From the NCBI GenBank assembly GCA_030390025.1, contig CM059433.1, positions 13,456,001 to 13,520,000 of the forward strand: 64,000 bases of DNA, read 5' to 3'. Below, piece after piece: positions 1 through 13,289 of the stretch. This DNA is from Squalus acanthias (Eukaryota). A program made the translations under genes and the position numbers. The notes below the pieces were generated by a model. The model was given only the letters and a program-made list of their open reading frames with translations, did no database searches and was not told where the DNA came from. The first letter of the stretch is position 1. The number at the start of each line of letters is the position of its first letter.

Positions 1-541
1 CAGTGCACCCAATTCGCAATGGCCCATATTTTCCGATGCCTACGGGTGTGTACGCGCTGTAAAAAAATTAAAAATTTCCACTCATTTATAATTTAAAAAT
101 GCTTTTAAAAAAGGTAAGTTTATTTTTAGCTCCATAAAAACTTTAATTATTTTTTCAAAAAATTACATTTTTGTTTAAGATATTTAATTTAATGTAATTT
201 TAACTAATTTTAAAAACGTGATTTAAAAAAAAAATTATATAATGTTTTAGTGTGTTTTTTGAGTGATCCCCATTCATACTTTTGACAGATCTATGCGGAG
301 AGACCTGTCAAAAGTGTGAAGGGAGATTCCCTTCTTCGATTGGTTCCTCATGGCCCACGTGATCCCAGGGACGCTTGCGAACCGCCTGCGCCCCTGGGAT
401 ACCTGGGCCTCTGCGCGGGCGCACCAGGAGAGGCCCAGGAGCGGAAGTGTCAGCACCTACGGAGCCAGCAGGTAAGGGCGTAGATTTTTCCAGATTGGAG
501 GCATCCGCCCGCAGGAAGCCTCCAATCGGAAAATCCGGCCC
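1..541. mobile_element. Right part of a Harbinger-type MITE (cut by window start)
   Basis: Ends in AAAATCCGGCCC (reverse complement of GGGCCGGATTTT, like the TIRs at 58677/62880), followed by AAT. Interior 350-450 resembles 29700-29810. Confidence 0.65.
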
Positions 542-1139
542 AATGAAGCAAGTGCAGAGGTCAGTGCACACAGTTCACGCTGGTCTTGACTTTCAAGTTA
601 GCGGAGAGCCTTGCAAAATGTACTGTTTTATCTCTGGGGCACGTGGATGCAGATGTATTTATATTCCAATAGGCATTGATCAAAGAAACTACTAGACCGC
701 AGGTATCAGATACATAGGACTCATCTCTGCATCTGTTCAACCCACCAAAATTGTCAGGGAAAATAGGGATGTTCTGTTTGAGCATCAGGAACTGGAGACC
801 ACTCATTAGACAACCCTGGAACCTGTTGGCCGCCACCAACCCACCAGTTATCATAAATTCAGGAGAGAAATGCCTTTGCTGTCATGGCCACAGCTATTCT
901 TCCGCCTGCACCGACAGGTGGTACGATATGCAAAATATACAGCACATAAGCATGGCCAAATAAAATGTTGGACTGAGCACCTGTGTGACAATGGTGGGGC
1001 ATGCAAATTCATGGCAGACCTTTTGAGTGTCTGAATACATGCCTAAACTATTTTAAGGAACAAGTACATCTGCATTTTAAGTGTCCCCAAACTTAGCCAA
1101 CGTAGGATTTTTTCATGGTGTTAAAGCGCAGATTTTCTT

Positions 1140-1620
1140 GGCAAGGGTTGGGGAGAATACACTCAATGAAAAGCTACTGAACGAACAGTGGATGAACAAC
1201 GAGACCTCGAGGTTCTAATCCATAATTCCCTGAAAGTGCAAGTGCAGGTAAATAAAGCCGTTAATAAAAGGCCAACAATATTTTAGGTTCTATAAGTGGT
1301 AAGAAATAATGATAAATTTGTATAAAACCTGGGTTAGGTCACAGTTAGAGTGTTGTGTACAGTTTCGGCTGCCCATTATAGAAAGGACATTGAAGCTATA
1401 AGAGAGTGTACAGTCTAGGTTCATCAGGATGATGCCAGGGATCGGAAACTATGAGGAGAGACGAGATATGGAACTATTTGCACTGGAGCAGAGAAGGTTA
1501 AGAGGAGATTTAATTGAGGTTTTTTAACAATTATGCAGTGTTTAACAGAGTGAATAGGGAAAGATTATTACCTCTGGTTGGAGAGTCAGTGATGATCAAT
1601 TTAAAAGGCCTCCATCTGTG
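1140..1620 (+). mobile_element. Old, degraded CR1 3' fragment
   Basis: Remnants of LYKTLVR.QLE.CVQF and LEQRRLRGDLIEVF coding motifs with frameshifts. Confidence 0.75.
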
Positions 1621-2323
1621 ATATAAACTTCTGTGGCTCTTTTTTGTTTGTGTAGTCTCTTTCAACTTCGTCTTTAGTTATTTCAATATCATCCATAGAG
1701 TAAGCAGAGTGTCTAAGGACACCACTGTGTCTGCCAATGAATTGGAGGCTGGCCGGGACTTATGGCCGGACTCACACCAAGTTTATTTACTCAGCAAACA
1801 GTGTCTATTTAAACAGCGCACCACAGCAAACAGTCTACAGAGTCTATTTAAAAAGAGACTCTATGAATGACAGCAAACAGAACCGATGACCAAAAGGAAA
1901 GCAACTTCTCCCGATAAAAGCAGGGTGATTTCTGTAGCCAAATGCAGTGAGTGGAGGGTAGTTACATATAAATAATCGGTGTAAAATTAATCCCAGTCAC
2001 TTACAGCAGTGCGGTCCCCAGGCGTGATTGGGTAATTCACCCCTCCCCCCAATCATCTCCATTCTGGCTGGGAACAGTGGTATCGCTATATGCAGCCTAG
2101 AATAAGTCTGTCACCATTTTTGTTTGTCTGAATTACAACAGCAGATAATCGTAAAGTTTACTCCTGATCGATTCCACTATTTTATACCGAATTGAAGTAA
2201 AACTAATGAGTGCGGTTTCCTTTGTCTGTTTTGTAACTCTTTGAATATGGGCACCAATCCGGTTTCCAATCCTGTGGTATGTCTCCTGCGCCTAGTTTCT
2301 TTCAGCACTCTGGGATAAATATT

Positions 2324-3087
2324 GGCCCAGAAATTAAACATGGATGGTTCCCGCGGGGGTAAGGATTCCCCGCGATATCGCACTCCGCGCCTACCTTTTT
2401 GCTCCGGGCCCACACGAACTTTAGTTTCAAAGGCTCTCTCTGTTGGAACCGTGCAGTGCTTGCGTGACCCAGAGGCGCAATTAGTTCGTGCGAGCTCTGG
2501 GATCACGTGATTCAGTTAGAGCCAATGGCAGCACACCATCTTTCATTCATAGTTTTGACGGCAAGAGCTGTCAAAGCTATGAATACTACACACCCCCAAA
2601 AGAACAGCTAAACCTCAATTAAATTTAAAAAAAAGCCATCACATTAATAAAATAAGTATAGTTAAATAAATTAACCACTTTAAACAAAAAATTAAATTTT
2701 TGAAAAAATTTAAAATCTTTTTAAAAGTTATAAAAATAAACTTACCTTTCTTTAAAGTCTCTAAAAAAGATAAACCTGTTGAAAAAAATTTAAAATAACA
2801 CTTAATTAACTACTTACCTTGTTAAAAGGGGGTCCTACGCCTGCTTTCTTTATGTGTAAAATCTTCACCACTTACCTGCGCGTTCAAAGCTGGAAAAAAA
2901 AATAAGTGCACTGCGTGCGCACAGCCTGTAGCGCGCACGTGGTTCACTTAGGAACCGCCCCCTTTTCAATTCACGAAGTGCCGGTTTCCCGCGCATGCGC
3001 AGTGCATGCAGGAAACCGGCAATTCGGGATCTAATACGCGAGAGTACACAGTGCGTACTCTCGCGTATTAGGTTTAATTTTCGGGCC
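2324..3087. mobile_element. Harbinger-type MITE family A, copy 1 (764 bp)
   Basis: TIRs GGCCCAGAAATTAAAC / GTTTAATTTTCGGGCC; 3-bp TSD ATT on both sides; homologous to 13985-14748 and 29136-29900. Confidence 0.9.
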
Positions 3088-4165
3088 ATTATCAATCCAT
3101 GGGAATTTAAGATAGGGTTTGGATAAAGAAGGTGCTTTAGCCAATTAGATCTTATCCTCCCAGGATACCACCACCATCATGTTCTGATTTCAGCATTTTT
3201 TTAAATATACACCTGAGGAGATGAGGTATTTAAGATCCCCTTTAAGGAATGACACTAAACTGAAGTGTCATTCTAAACATGTAGGTCCTTCTGACCCATG
3301 TTCGGAGTACAACATCCAGCAGTAATGTGATTTGAGCCAATATCCACTTGAGGTCTTGAGCCTTAATCCTGCTCAGCCATGCTGCCATCTACATTCGCAA
3401 AGCCTTTGACAAAATGTAACCTTTGGTACAAGTCAACGAATCTAATGGATTGCGCTATGGGAGGCCTAAATATCCATTAATAGCTTTTTGAAAATGCCAG
3501 TAAGAGTGTAAGAGATAGACTGCTTGTTCAGTACTTATCTGTAACATTACCCAGACTGCCTAATCTTATAAATAAGAACATATACATTATAAATATTTAT
3601 AATCTCTTATCATTTTAGATTTCAAGTTTCTTTGCTAGTGATTTTCAGTGATGAATATTTCCTGTGTTCTTTTCTTATCTTGGTCTTTTCACATTATTCA
3701 AGAGGTCAGTGGGCAGCCTGAAGGCTGAATGGCAGAATCTAAATTACTAGGCTCATCGTTTACACTCTGTGTAACTGTTTGATCTCCCTTTATTTTACCC
3801 TCTGTGTTACCTACCCCCACTAACCACAGGGTCAGACTCCCACGCATTCACTACCATTAAAGCTATACCGCAGGTCTGCAATTTGTTCCTGGGAAATATG
3901 CTCACAATGTCTTCACTAGTCTCCTGTGGTTGGATGACTCAGCAAGAATTTTCCATTGAATTTTCTGTCAAATTAACTAAATGAGCAAAAAGGAGACAGA
4001 AAAAGTTAGCAGTCTCCTTTGTTCTACGTTCTATCATTTATGGTGGAAGGAGATATTTAGTGCAAGGGACATGCAGGCCAGTCCAGGCTAGTGTCCTTTT
4101 AAAATTTCTCTCCTTCATAACAAATCGTACAAGAAAACGCACAAGCTGGACAATAGGGGATGATC

Positions 4166-4268
4166 AAAATAACAACAGAAAAGGCTGGAAACACTCAACA
4201 GGTCAGGCAGCATCGAGGAGAGAGAAACAGAGTCAACGTTCGGGTCGAGGACCCTTTGTCAGAACTGG
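4166..4268 (-). mobile_element. Penelope-like terminal fragment (family A) with degenerate hammerhead core
   Basis: Reverse-complement homolog of 20690-20788; core boxes mutated (CTGACAA; GAA instead of GAAA). Confidence 0.8.
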
Positions 4269-4296
4269 ATCAGCTCTAATTCACCGATGTTCACTT

Positions 4297-5131
4297 TAGG
4301 GTTGAGCTTCTATTCCTCTTTGCCAGTAATATCAGTGCAATCCGGGCGTAATCTGCCCAAACAGCACAACACCCCTTTGGTTTTATCCAAATTATTAGCC
4401 CCGATATTTACTGGAGCGGAGATGGGGGGGGCGGGGCGGGGTGCAGGGAGGAGTTTTGGCCGGGTCGGGTTTCCCCACACGCTGTGCAGTTGTATCACTG
4501 CGTGCATCTTTTTTTCCAAGCAATTTACCAGCCCAGAAGCTAGCCTGATTGACAGGCTTGGCTCCCTGTTAGGTGGGGAATGCTCCGGAGGAGGCCGCAG
4601 GCCAGGAGCAGGTAAGGAACCTGCAGCAGTGTTAGCAGGAGTGTGGGGTGGGGGGTTGGGGGTGGGGGGGGAGTCCAGAACTTGGGGGGAGGGGGTGGTC
4701 TCCAATCTGGGAGGGGAGTCCGCTATCCAATCCCTGCGGGGTGGTCTGATCTCTAATCACGGGGGGAATCTTTGGATCTGGGTGGGGGTGGGGATGGTCC
4801 GATGGCGGACAGGGAAGCAGGTAAGCTTGGTGGGCTGGGAGGAAGCACTCCTGTTCCTCCTGGCCTACAATCAGTGCTGTATGAGCACTTACCTTTTCCA
4901 CAAAGCTGTCCACACCTCCCTTTAGCTGCCAGGTTTCCCGAGGCCTGGGAAACTTGGCTGGCCAGGGTTAAATCGGGAAGATAGGTTAAATATGAGGCAC
5001 GCAGCCTCTTTAGAATATTTAAGCGGCCAACTCACCTACTGAGAGTGGGTTGGAGGCGGTTTGAGATTTTTAACATTTTAGCATCACACTGAACCCCAAC
5101 CCACCTGCTTTTTGGGGTTAAAATTACCCCC
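4297..5131. mobile_element. Probable Harbinger-type non-autonomous element (composite or degraded)
   Basis: GC-rich block ending in AAAATTACCCCC, similar to other GGG-type TIRs in the window; matching left TIR not found. Confidence 0.4.
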
Positions 5132-5259
5132 ATTAAGTCAGTTGAAACCAGAATCATAATACAGTTACATTTTTTATTTCTCCATATAGAAATCTGTGTT
5201 AAAAGGATATAAATATATACAGGACAGGTTATTCTTCCATTGTGTCCTTCAATTGGCTT

Positions 5260-5580
5260 GCCCCTCCTTATCTCTGTAAACCTCTTCCAGTCTTAGAACC
5301 CCCTCCCTGAACTCTCCATTCCTCTGACTCCAGCCTTTTCTTTGTACCACCTTCTTGCATCCCACCATTAGTAGCCATGCCTTCAGCTACCCCGCTAAAT
5401 ACCTCCACTTCTCCACCTTCCTATCCCCCTTTATGACCCTTCGTAAAGCCCACCTTTTTTGACCAAATCTTTGACCACCCCTTCCTAATCCCCCCTTCTC
5501 TGAAGCGACATCTGTTTTTTCTTCTGCCTCTGTGAAGCGCCTTGGGACTTATTTTATGCTAAAGGCACCATATAAATAAA
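5260..5580 (+). mobile_element. L2 3' end, degraded
   Basis: TGTGAAGCGCCTTGGGAC...AAAGGCACCATATAAAT, same tail as the L2 copies at 15190 and 31320. Confidence 0.75.
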
Positions 5581-5601
5581 TCTATGAAGTTTAAAACATA
5601 T

Positions 5602-6095
5602 GGGGGAAAAAATTCAGTATCGCCTCATTTGGGGCGCAATTATCGGCCGGGCGCAAAGATTAGCGCCTGGCGCTAACTATCGCCTCCGACTGCAAACTTG
5701 ACTTTTATCGCCCCTGGAGGTGACTGGAGCGCTAAATCAGGTGCTACACATCTGTCTTAAGGCGCAAAGGCCGAGGAGCGAGGCGCTACCTCAGAGCGCT
5801 GGCGAAGCTCATGTGATGTCAGTCAGCAATGGAACACACACACAATGGCACGGGCCAGTTCTTAAAGGGGAGGGCTGATCTTTCTTTCCATCCACATCCT
5901 GCTCATTGCAGCCTTGAATCTCGGCCTGGAGAGACCTGTACATCAAATCTGCTGGAAAGATCAATGGAGAGAACCAGGGAAAGAGCTCAGAGTGCAGCTC
6001 CCACAGTCTCTTCTAAATCGATACAAGGAAGGGCAAATCAAAATGAACCTGCAAAGTGCTGCTTAGTACCCAAAACTCCTTCACACAGCATTGAT
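5602..6095. mobile_element. Harbinger-type MITE family B, truncated copy
   Basis: Starts GGGGGAAAAAATTC; colinear with 8695-9186; right TIR missing. Confidence 0.85.
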
Positions 6096-6257
6096 TCCGA
6101 TTGTGAGATCCTGTCATTTGTAGCTGTTTGAAATTTAGCAAGTGTTTTTTGCTGTCATGTCACACTTAATGAGTATTCCGCCTATATTAATGCTGTTTGG
6201 CTCAAAGTGGCGAATCAAAATGAAAGACATTGGGAATCTACATTGGGCTTGGGCGGG

Positions 6258-6725
6258 GTGCAGCACAGATTCACCAGAATGATACCAGGGCTAAAAGGGC
6301 TAATTTATGAGCCCAGGTTGCATAGACTAGGCTTGTATTCCCTTGAGTATAGAAAATGAAGGGGTAATCTAATTGAGGTGTTTAAGATGTTTAAAGGATT
6401 TGATGGAGAGAAACTCTTTCCTCTGGTGGGTGAGTCCAGAACAAGGGGGCATAACCTCAAAGTTAGAGATAGGTTGTTCAGGGGGTGATGTCAGGAAGCA
6501 CTTCTTCACACAAAGGGTGATGGAAATCTGGAATTCTCTCCCTCAGAAAGCTGTTGAGGCCGGGGGTCCAATTGAAAATTTCAATATTGAGATTGATAGA
6601 TTTTTGTCAGGCAAGGGTATTAAGGGATATGGAACCAAGGCGGTTAAATGGAGGTACAGATCACCCATGATCGAATGGAATGGCAGAACAGGCTTGAGGG
6701 GCTGAATGGCCTACTCCTGTTCCTA
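6258..6725 (+). mobile_element. CR1 3' fragment
   Basis: FFTQRVMEIWNSLP and EIDRFL motifs; CR1 3' UTR (GGCTTGAGGGGCTGAATGGCCTACTCCTG). Confidence 0.9.
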
Positions 6726-7064
6726 ATCTTCCACCAAAGTTACGGTGGAAAATCAGAAGAACCCCATGGAAGTCCTCCTCCTAGGTATTTGCTATGAGCC
6801 AATCAGAAAACAGTTTCTGCACTGTCTCTGAAGAGATCTCTTACAAATAAATGTCTTTCCAAATTGTTGAGTGCAGATTTGCATTCTCCATCCATGTCCT
6901 CAGCCCAGCGCCACCTCCCTTGCAACAATGTAACCTCGGACTCACCATTAGCAATGCCATAAGATATACTAGTATTGTAAAGAATAACACAACTTGGGTT
7001 TCACAAGGCATTAGTAAATCATTCAGGCTTTGCTCTCATAAATTAATCCTTTGATAGCACAGAA

Positions 7065-10000
7065 TCTATATGGCTAGAGTTAAGAAATAATAGAGGTGCC
7101 ATTACACTACTAGATGTATTCTATAGACCACCAACTAGTGGGAAAAATATGGAGGAGCAAATTTGCAGAGAAATTACAGAGAGATGCAAGAACTACAGAG
7201 TAGTGATAATGTAGACTGGGATAGTAATAGTGTAAAGGGCAGAGAGGGGGAAGAATTTCTGAAGTGTGTTCAGGAGAACCTTCTTGATCAGTATGTTTCT
7301 GGCCCAGCAAGGAAGGAGGCATTGCTGGATCCGGTTCTGGGGAATGAGAAGGTCAAGTGGAGCAAGTGTCAGTCGGTGAACATTTAGGGAACAGTGATCA
7401 TCGTATCATAAGGTTTAGATTAGCTATGGAAAAGGACAGGGAGCAATCTAGAGTAAAAATACTTAATTGGAGGAAGGCTAATTTCAGTGGGATGAGAATG
7501 GATCTGGCCCGGGTAAATTGGAATCAAAGATTGGCAGGCAAGACTGTAATGGAACAATGGGCTGCCTTTAAAGAGGAGATGGTTCGAGGTACATTCTCAT
7601 TAGGGGGAACAGTAGGGCAACTAAAGTCAGAGCTCCCTGGATGAGGAAAGAGATAGGGAGTAAGATGAAGCAGAAAAAGAGCGCGTATGACAGATGACAG
7701 GTCGAGAATACATCTGAGAATCAGGCTAAATATAGAAAGTTCAGAGGAGAAGTGAAAAAGTAAATAAGAGAGGCAAAGAGAGGGTATGAGAATAGAATGG
7801 CAGCTAACATAAAAGGTAATCCAAAAGCCTTCCTATTAGCATATAAATAGTAAACGAGTATTAAGAGGAGGGGTGGGGCCGATTAGGGACCACAAAGGAG
7901 ACCTACGCATGGAAGTAGAGGGTATGGCTGAGGTGCTAAATGAGTACTTTGCATCTGTCTTCACCAAGGAAGATGATGCTGTCATAGACATAGTGAAGGA
8001 GGAGGTAGAGGAGATACTGGATGGGATAAAAATTGATAAAGAGGAGGTACTAGAAAGGCTGGCAGTACTTAAAGTAGATAAGTCACCAGGACCAGATGGG
8101 ATGCATCCTAGGACGCTGAGGGAAGTGAAGGAAGAAATTGTGGAGGTACTGGCCATAATCTTCCAATTCTCCTTAGAAATGGGGGTGGTGCCAGAGGACT
8201 GGAGAATTCCAAATGTTACACCCTTGTTCAAAAAAGGGTGTAAAGATAAACCCAGCAACTACAGGCCAGTCAGTTTAACCTCGGTAGTAGGGAAGCTTTT
8301 AGAAACAATAATCAAAATTAACAGTCACTTGGACAAGTGTGGATTAATTAAGGAAAGCCAGCACAGATTTGTTAAAGGCAAATCGTGTTTAACCAACTTG
8401 ATCGAGTTTTTGGATGAGGTAACAGAGAGGGTTGATGAGGGCAATGCGGTTGACGTGGTGTACATGGATTTCCAAAAGGCGTTCGGCAAAGTGCCAGATA
8501 ATAGGCTTGGCAACAAAGTTGAAGCCCATGGAATAAAAGGGACAGTGGCAGCATGGATACGAAGTTGGCTAAGTGACAGGAAACAGAGAGTAGTGGTGAA
8601 CGGTTGTTTTTCGGACTGGAGGAAGGTATACAGTGGTGTTCCCCAGGGGTCGGTTCGAGGACCACTGTTTTTCTTGATATATATTAATGACTTGGGGGGA
8701 GAAATTCGATATCGCCCCAGTTGGGGTGCAATTATCCGCCAGGTAAAAAGTTTAGCGCCTGGCGCTAATTATCGCCTCCGACTGCGAACTTGGCTTCTAT
8801 CGCCCCTGAAGGTGATTGGAGCGCTAAATCAGGCGCTACACACCTCTCTTAAGGCGCTAACGCCGAGGAGCGAGGCGCTACCTCAGAGCACTGGCGAAGC
8901 TCATGTGATGTCAGTCAGCAATGGAACACAGACACAATGGCGCCGGCCAGTTCTTAAAGGGGAGGATCGATCTTGCTCTCCATTCACACCCTGATCATTG
9001 CAGCCTTGAATCTCGGCCTGGCGAGACCTGTACATCAAATCTGCTGGAAAGAACACTGGAGAGGCCCCGGGAAATAGCTCAGAGTGCAGCCTCCACAGTC
9101 TTTTCTAAATCGATGCAAGGAAGGTCAAATCAAAATGAACCTGCAAAGTGCTGCTCAATACCCAAAACTCCTTCACACAGCGTTGAATCTCTCCAGTAGT
9201 CTCTCTCTCTCTCTCAGAATGCGTGGTGCAAAAACGTCGCCGACGAAAAAAGGCAGGAAGCGGTCGCCTTTAAATAGCGCTCCCCCAATCCCTCCCTGAC
9301 TGCAAAATGTTCCCCTCAACCTGTCGTTGCTAGCGGCAGGCGGTAAGGCAGGGGGTGCCACTCAATATCCGGTCCGGGGCGCTACCGGGGCGTTGCATGC
9401 TCGACTGACGTCACGATCTGCCGGCGCAGGAGATCGTGGTGGTAGTGTTTAGCGCCGCCACAAAATGTCTAGTCAATTTCGTGTGCGGCGCAAACATCGC
9501 CCCGCCCGGGCGCTAGCTGCTTTGTGCCCCATTAGCGCCCCCTTAGGCAAATTTTTCCCTCTTGGACTTTCGTGTACAGGGCACAATTTCATAATTTGCA
9601 GATGACACAAAACTTGGAAGTATAGTGAACAGTGAGCAGGATAGTAAAGACTCAAGAAGACATTGACAGGCTGGTGGAATGGGCGGACACATGGCAGATG
9701 AAATTTAACGCAGAAAAGTGCGAAGTGATACATTTTGGTAGAAAGAATGAAGAGAGGAAATTTAAACTAAAGGGTACAATCCTAAAGGGGGTGCATGAAC
9801 AGAGAGACCTGGGGGTATATGTGCACAAATTGTTGAAGGTGGCAGGACAGGTTGAGAAAGCAGTTAAAAACACTTATGGGATCTGGGCTTCATGAATAGA
9901 GGTGGAGAGTACAAAAGCGTGGAAATTATGATGAACCTGTATAAAACACTGGTTTGGCCCCAACTGGAGTATTGTGTCCAATTCTGGGCACCGCACTTTA

Positions 10001-10515
10001 GGAAGGATGTGAAGGCCTTAGAGAGGGTGCAGAAAAAATTTACGAGGATGATTCCAGGGATGAAGGACTTCAGTTGCGTGGATTGGCTGGAGAAACTGGG
10101 ATTGTTCTCCTTAGAGCAGGGAAGATTGAGAGGAGATTTGATAGAGGTGTTCAAAATCATGAGGGGTCTGGACAGAGTAGATAGAGAGAAACTGTTCCCA
10201 TTGGCAGAAGGGTTGAGAACCAGAGGACACAGATTTAAGGTGATTGGCAGAAGAACCAAAGGCAACATGTGGAAAAACGTTTTTACGCAGCGAGTGGTTA
10301 GGATCTTGAATACACTGCCTGTTGGAGGCAAACTCAATCACAGCTTTCAAAAGGGAGTTGGATAAGTACCTGAAGGAAAAAAAATTGCAGGGCTACGGGG
10401 AAAGGGCGGGGGGAGTGGGACTAGCTGAAGTGCTCTTGCAGAGAGCCGGCACGGGCTCAATGGATCGAGTGGCCTCCTTCTGTGCTGTACCCATTCTATG
10501 ATTTTTTATTTCTAT
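7065..10515 (+). pseudogene. 5'-truncated CR1 ORF2 (end of APE endonuclease, RT, C-terminus), interrupted by MITE B
   Basis: YRPP, SDH, KSPGPDG, NYRPVSLTS, DFQKAF, GVPQGS, FADD and LEYCVQFW motifs across ORFs 7357, 7873, 9632, 9892; several stops and frameshifts; TTCTATG tail. Confidence 0.95.
8695..9561. mobile_element. Harbinger-type MITE family B, full copy (867 bp) inserted in CR1 RT
   Basis: Imperfect TIRs GGGGGAGAAATT / AATTTTTCCCTC; TTG duplicated at 8692-8694 and 9562-9564; CR1 YINDL|D sequence resumes after it. Confidence 0.9.
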
Positions 10516-10810
10516 ATGTTACTGCCTTGTAACACACTCTGCCTATTACCTAGTACATATTTTCCATTAAAACATAGCTGCAGCAAAGCCACGCTCTCAG
10601 TTTATTGCCCTTCTTGGGACTGAGTTGGTGGTCAACCATGAAGTAAATGCCCAGGTCCTGAAAATCTATGGGCCTTCCCACTATAAGTTAGGTGGAGTAT
10701 GGCCAAAAGTCTGCCAATTAGGCTGGAACCGGGATATGCCAATCTCGGCCTGCACCACCACTTTCCATAGGGTCTTGTTTAGTACAGAACGTCTGTCCAC
10801 TCCAAATATG

Positions 10811-11441
10811 AGAAGTCGCACAACACCAGGTTATAGTCCAACAGTTTTATTTGAAATTACGAGCTTTTGGAGCTCTGCTTCTTCTTCAGGTACAGTGAGG
10901 GAATACAAATCGATTATATATTGTGAATTCTGGGAGATTCTCTCACTGCTACCCTACCTGAGGAAGGAGCGAACCGCTCCGAAAGCTTGTAAAATTAAAT
11001 AAATCTGTTGGACTATAACCTGGTGTTGTGCGACTTCACAGTATATATAGACAGAGAACAATGTGTCTGCAGAGATACAATCCGTCAGGGAGGCATTACA
11101 TCAAAGACACAGCAGGGTACAGCTAAGACAATGAGGTGGGTCACAGGGGGTCCAACGTGTTAAATGCTGCAGTCTGCAGTTAAGCTTTTAACTTTTTTAA
11201 AAACTGGAAAACCAGATAACGATGTCGAGTCACGTTCTGTAGCGTGACATGAAACCGAGATCCCGGTTGAGGCCGTCCTCATGGGTGCGGAACTTGGCTA
11301 TCAGTTTCTGCTCGATGATTTTGCGTTGTCGTGTGTTTCGAAGGCCCGCAGATCCGAGGTTGAATGTCCTTGACTGCTGAAGTGTTCCCTGACTGGGAGG
11401 TAACAATCCTGCCTGGCGATTGTTGCGCGGTGTCTGTTCAT
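10811..11441 (-). mobile_element. 5'-truncated Penelope-like element (family B) with inverted terminal repeat pair
   Basis: GIY-YIG C-terminus (RKIIEQKLIAKFRTHEDGLNRD) on minus; TSD ACTCCAAATATG at 10799-10810 and 11442-11453; inverted repeat 10811-10892 vs 10955-11037. Confidence 0.9.
10955..10991 (+). ncRNA. Minimal hammerhead ribozyme motif (family B)
   Basis: TAC-CTGAGGA-A-GGAGCG-AAC-CGCTCC-GAAA-GC-TT-GTA: both core boxes, stem II, short stem I, palindromic AGCT in place of stem III. Confidence 0.75.
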
Positions 11442-13289
11442 ACTCCAAATATGGCTCCCTGTGTCAAAGACTGTGACTCTGGAAGGGGAAACTCCTGGCC
11501 TGTGATCTGCCTGGTATCCTTTGTGCTGGAGAGAAGCAGGGACACCAACCTCCCGGCTGGTGCAACTTGACACCTTGGCCTGGACTCCCAAAGCACTTCA
11601 CTCGCCTTCCAGCCTGATCACCTTTACAAAGTAGACGCTTTGAAATTCTTACTTTGACCAGGGCCATGTTGTGCGACAGGCCTTCGCCACTTCCTTCACC
11701 AGCCCTGCTCTGGTGGGCACCCACGTGCGCCTATAGTGACGCGGGAACCCACCAGGAAAATGTTAATTAGGCAACCTTCTCCTGACCCTGAATACTCAGC
11801 AGGGTCTGTGATGGAATTGGGCAGATCTCAGCACGTAGGCCGTGATCAAAGGCCTATGGATGTTCGGGCCTCCAAGCTCATGACATGTATCCCTTTCCCT
11901 GCTTCGAGGTGCAACTTTATTCGTTTGAAGTAATGGAGGCTGAATAAAGGAAAATCTGTGAATGCAATGATTTCCTTTATTGATTCCCCTCACCCCCCAA
12001 ATCTCCTGCAGTGTCTCCTTTTAACAAGTAAAGTCATGCTTATATTGATTTCACCCAAGGCTGGGATCAACATAGATTGAGGTGCCAGTGGCTGCATGAC
12101 TGGGAGAGGTTGCCTTCAGTCACTTGACTAAAGTGTGGAACATGAGAAAGCTGATTGACTCATCAGCCCTGTTCCTCCTACAGGCCATGTGCAATCTCCT
12201 GTATCATGGACTCCCACTTGTTTAACCTCCAGAGGGAAAGTTCGGCAAATCACGTGGGTCAAACTGAGGCATTCTCAAATAAATGTAAAAGCTGATGTCT
12301 GGCACGCAAACTGAGCATGCAGATCTCTACAAGTTTGATATATTCAAACTAAGTCAGATTTCAGGCAAACAGGTAGAGGAGTCTCCAATCATTTCCAATT
12401 TTTCATTAGAATGCCAATTTTATATGAAAGGTAGTCATAAAAATTTGTGATGAAGTAACTCCAACACTGGATACAATTCTTACGATGCTATTTTGTATCT
12501 GTTGTTCTGGAGTTAAAACAGAACTAACAATTTAATAATTGACCTTTTCCATCCACCAACAAACAATGATTATTCGGTATAATCTGCTGAATGCAGGTTT
12601 TGGCTGTAGTAGTTCAGAGTGCACTGTAAAAAAGCAATTCTGTGGAGAAGAATGAGCTCATTGTGAAACATATCAAGGAACCAAGAAAAGAAATAGCTGA
12701 AGTGTACAAACTGCTGGGGAATTGTGAAAGAGTTGAAGGTCACTTCCAAGTGGAATAAGATGTCGTGGCTGCTGACGGCTCAAATACCTCAAGGACCTCA
12801 AGTGAGAGAGGAATTTTGAGGGTAAATCGTGCAATGCAGTGCATTATTCACACATGTGCTTAACTAATGTGGGGGGGGGGGAGGGGGAGAGATGTGAAAA
12901 ATACAAGAGGTCTTGCTGTTACTTAGCACTTCTGCTTTTTATGGTTGTCCTGGGCTGCTGCCATTGTAGACTCCAGATGGCGGCGAAACGCTAAGACATT
13001 AGAGACTTCAAAATTGAGGGTGGGGCATCCCCCATCCTTTATGTGTGGTTAGCTGCATAAAAGCAGCAACATTGCTCCAGGCAAGTATCTGGTGCATCTT
13101 GAAACTCACATCTTGGCTTTTGATTGCAAGTTTCCTTAAATGCACTTGACTTGTTTTGGGATGAGAGAGGTTTTTCCTTGGGTTGCTTTGGTCACATCTA
13201 GTTGGCTGCATTGTCTAACTTTTCAATTTTCCCTGCTTTTTATATATGTTTTAATTTCTTTCCTTTTCACCTCCTATCGTTCATCGAAT

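Noticed and set aside
4287..4925. 212-aa Gly-rich ORF
   Set aside because: Low-complexity G-runs in a probable non-autonomous transposon; no recognisable domain.
7873..8994. Novel RT fusion protein (373 aa)
   Set aside because: C-terminal ~100 aa is read-through into MITE B; RT is cut before FADD.
12640..12760. Possible exon VEKNELIVKH...EVYKLLG
   Set aside because: No convincing splice sites; more like a very old CR1 remnant.
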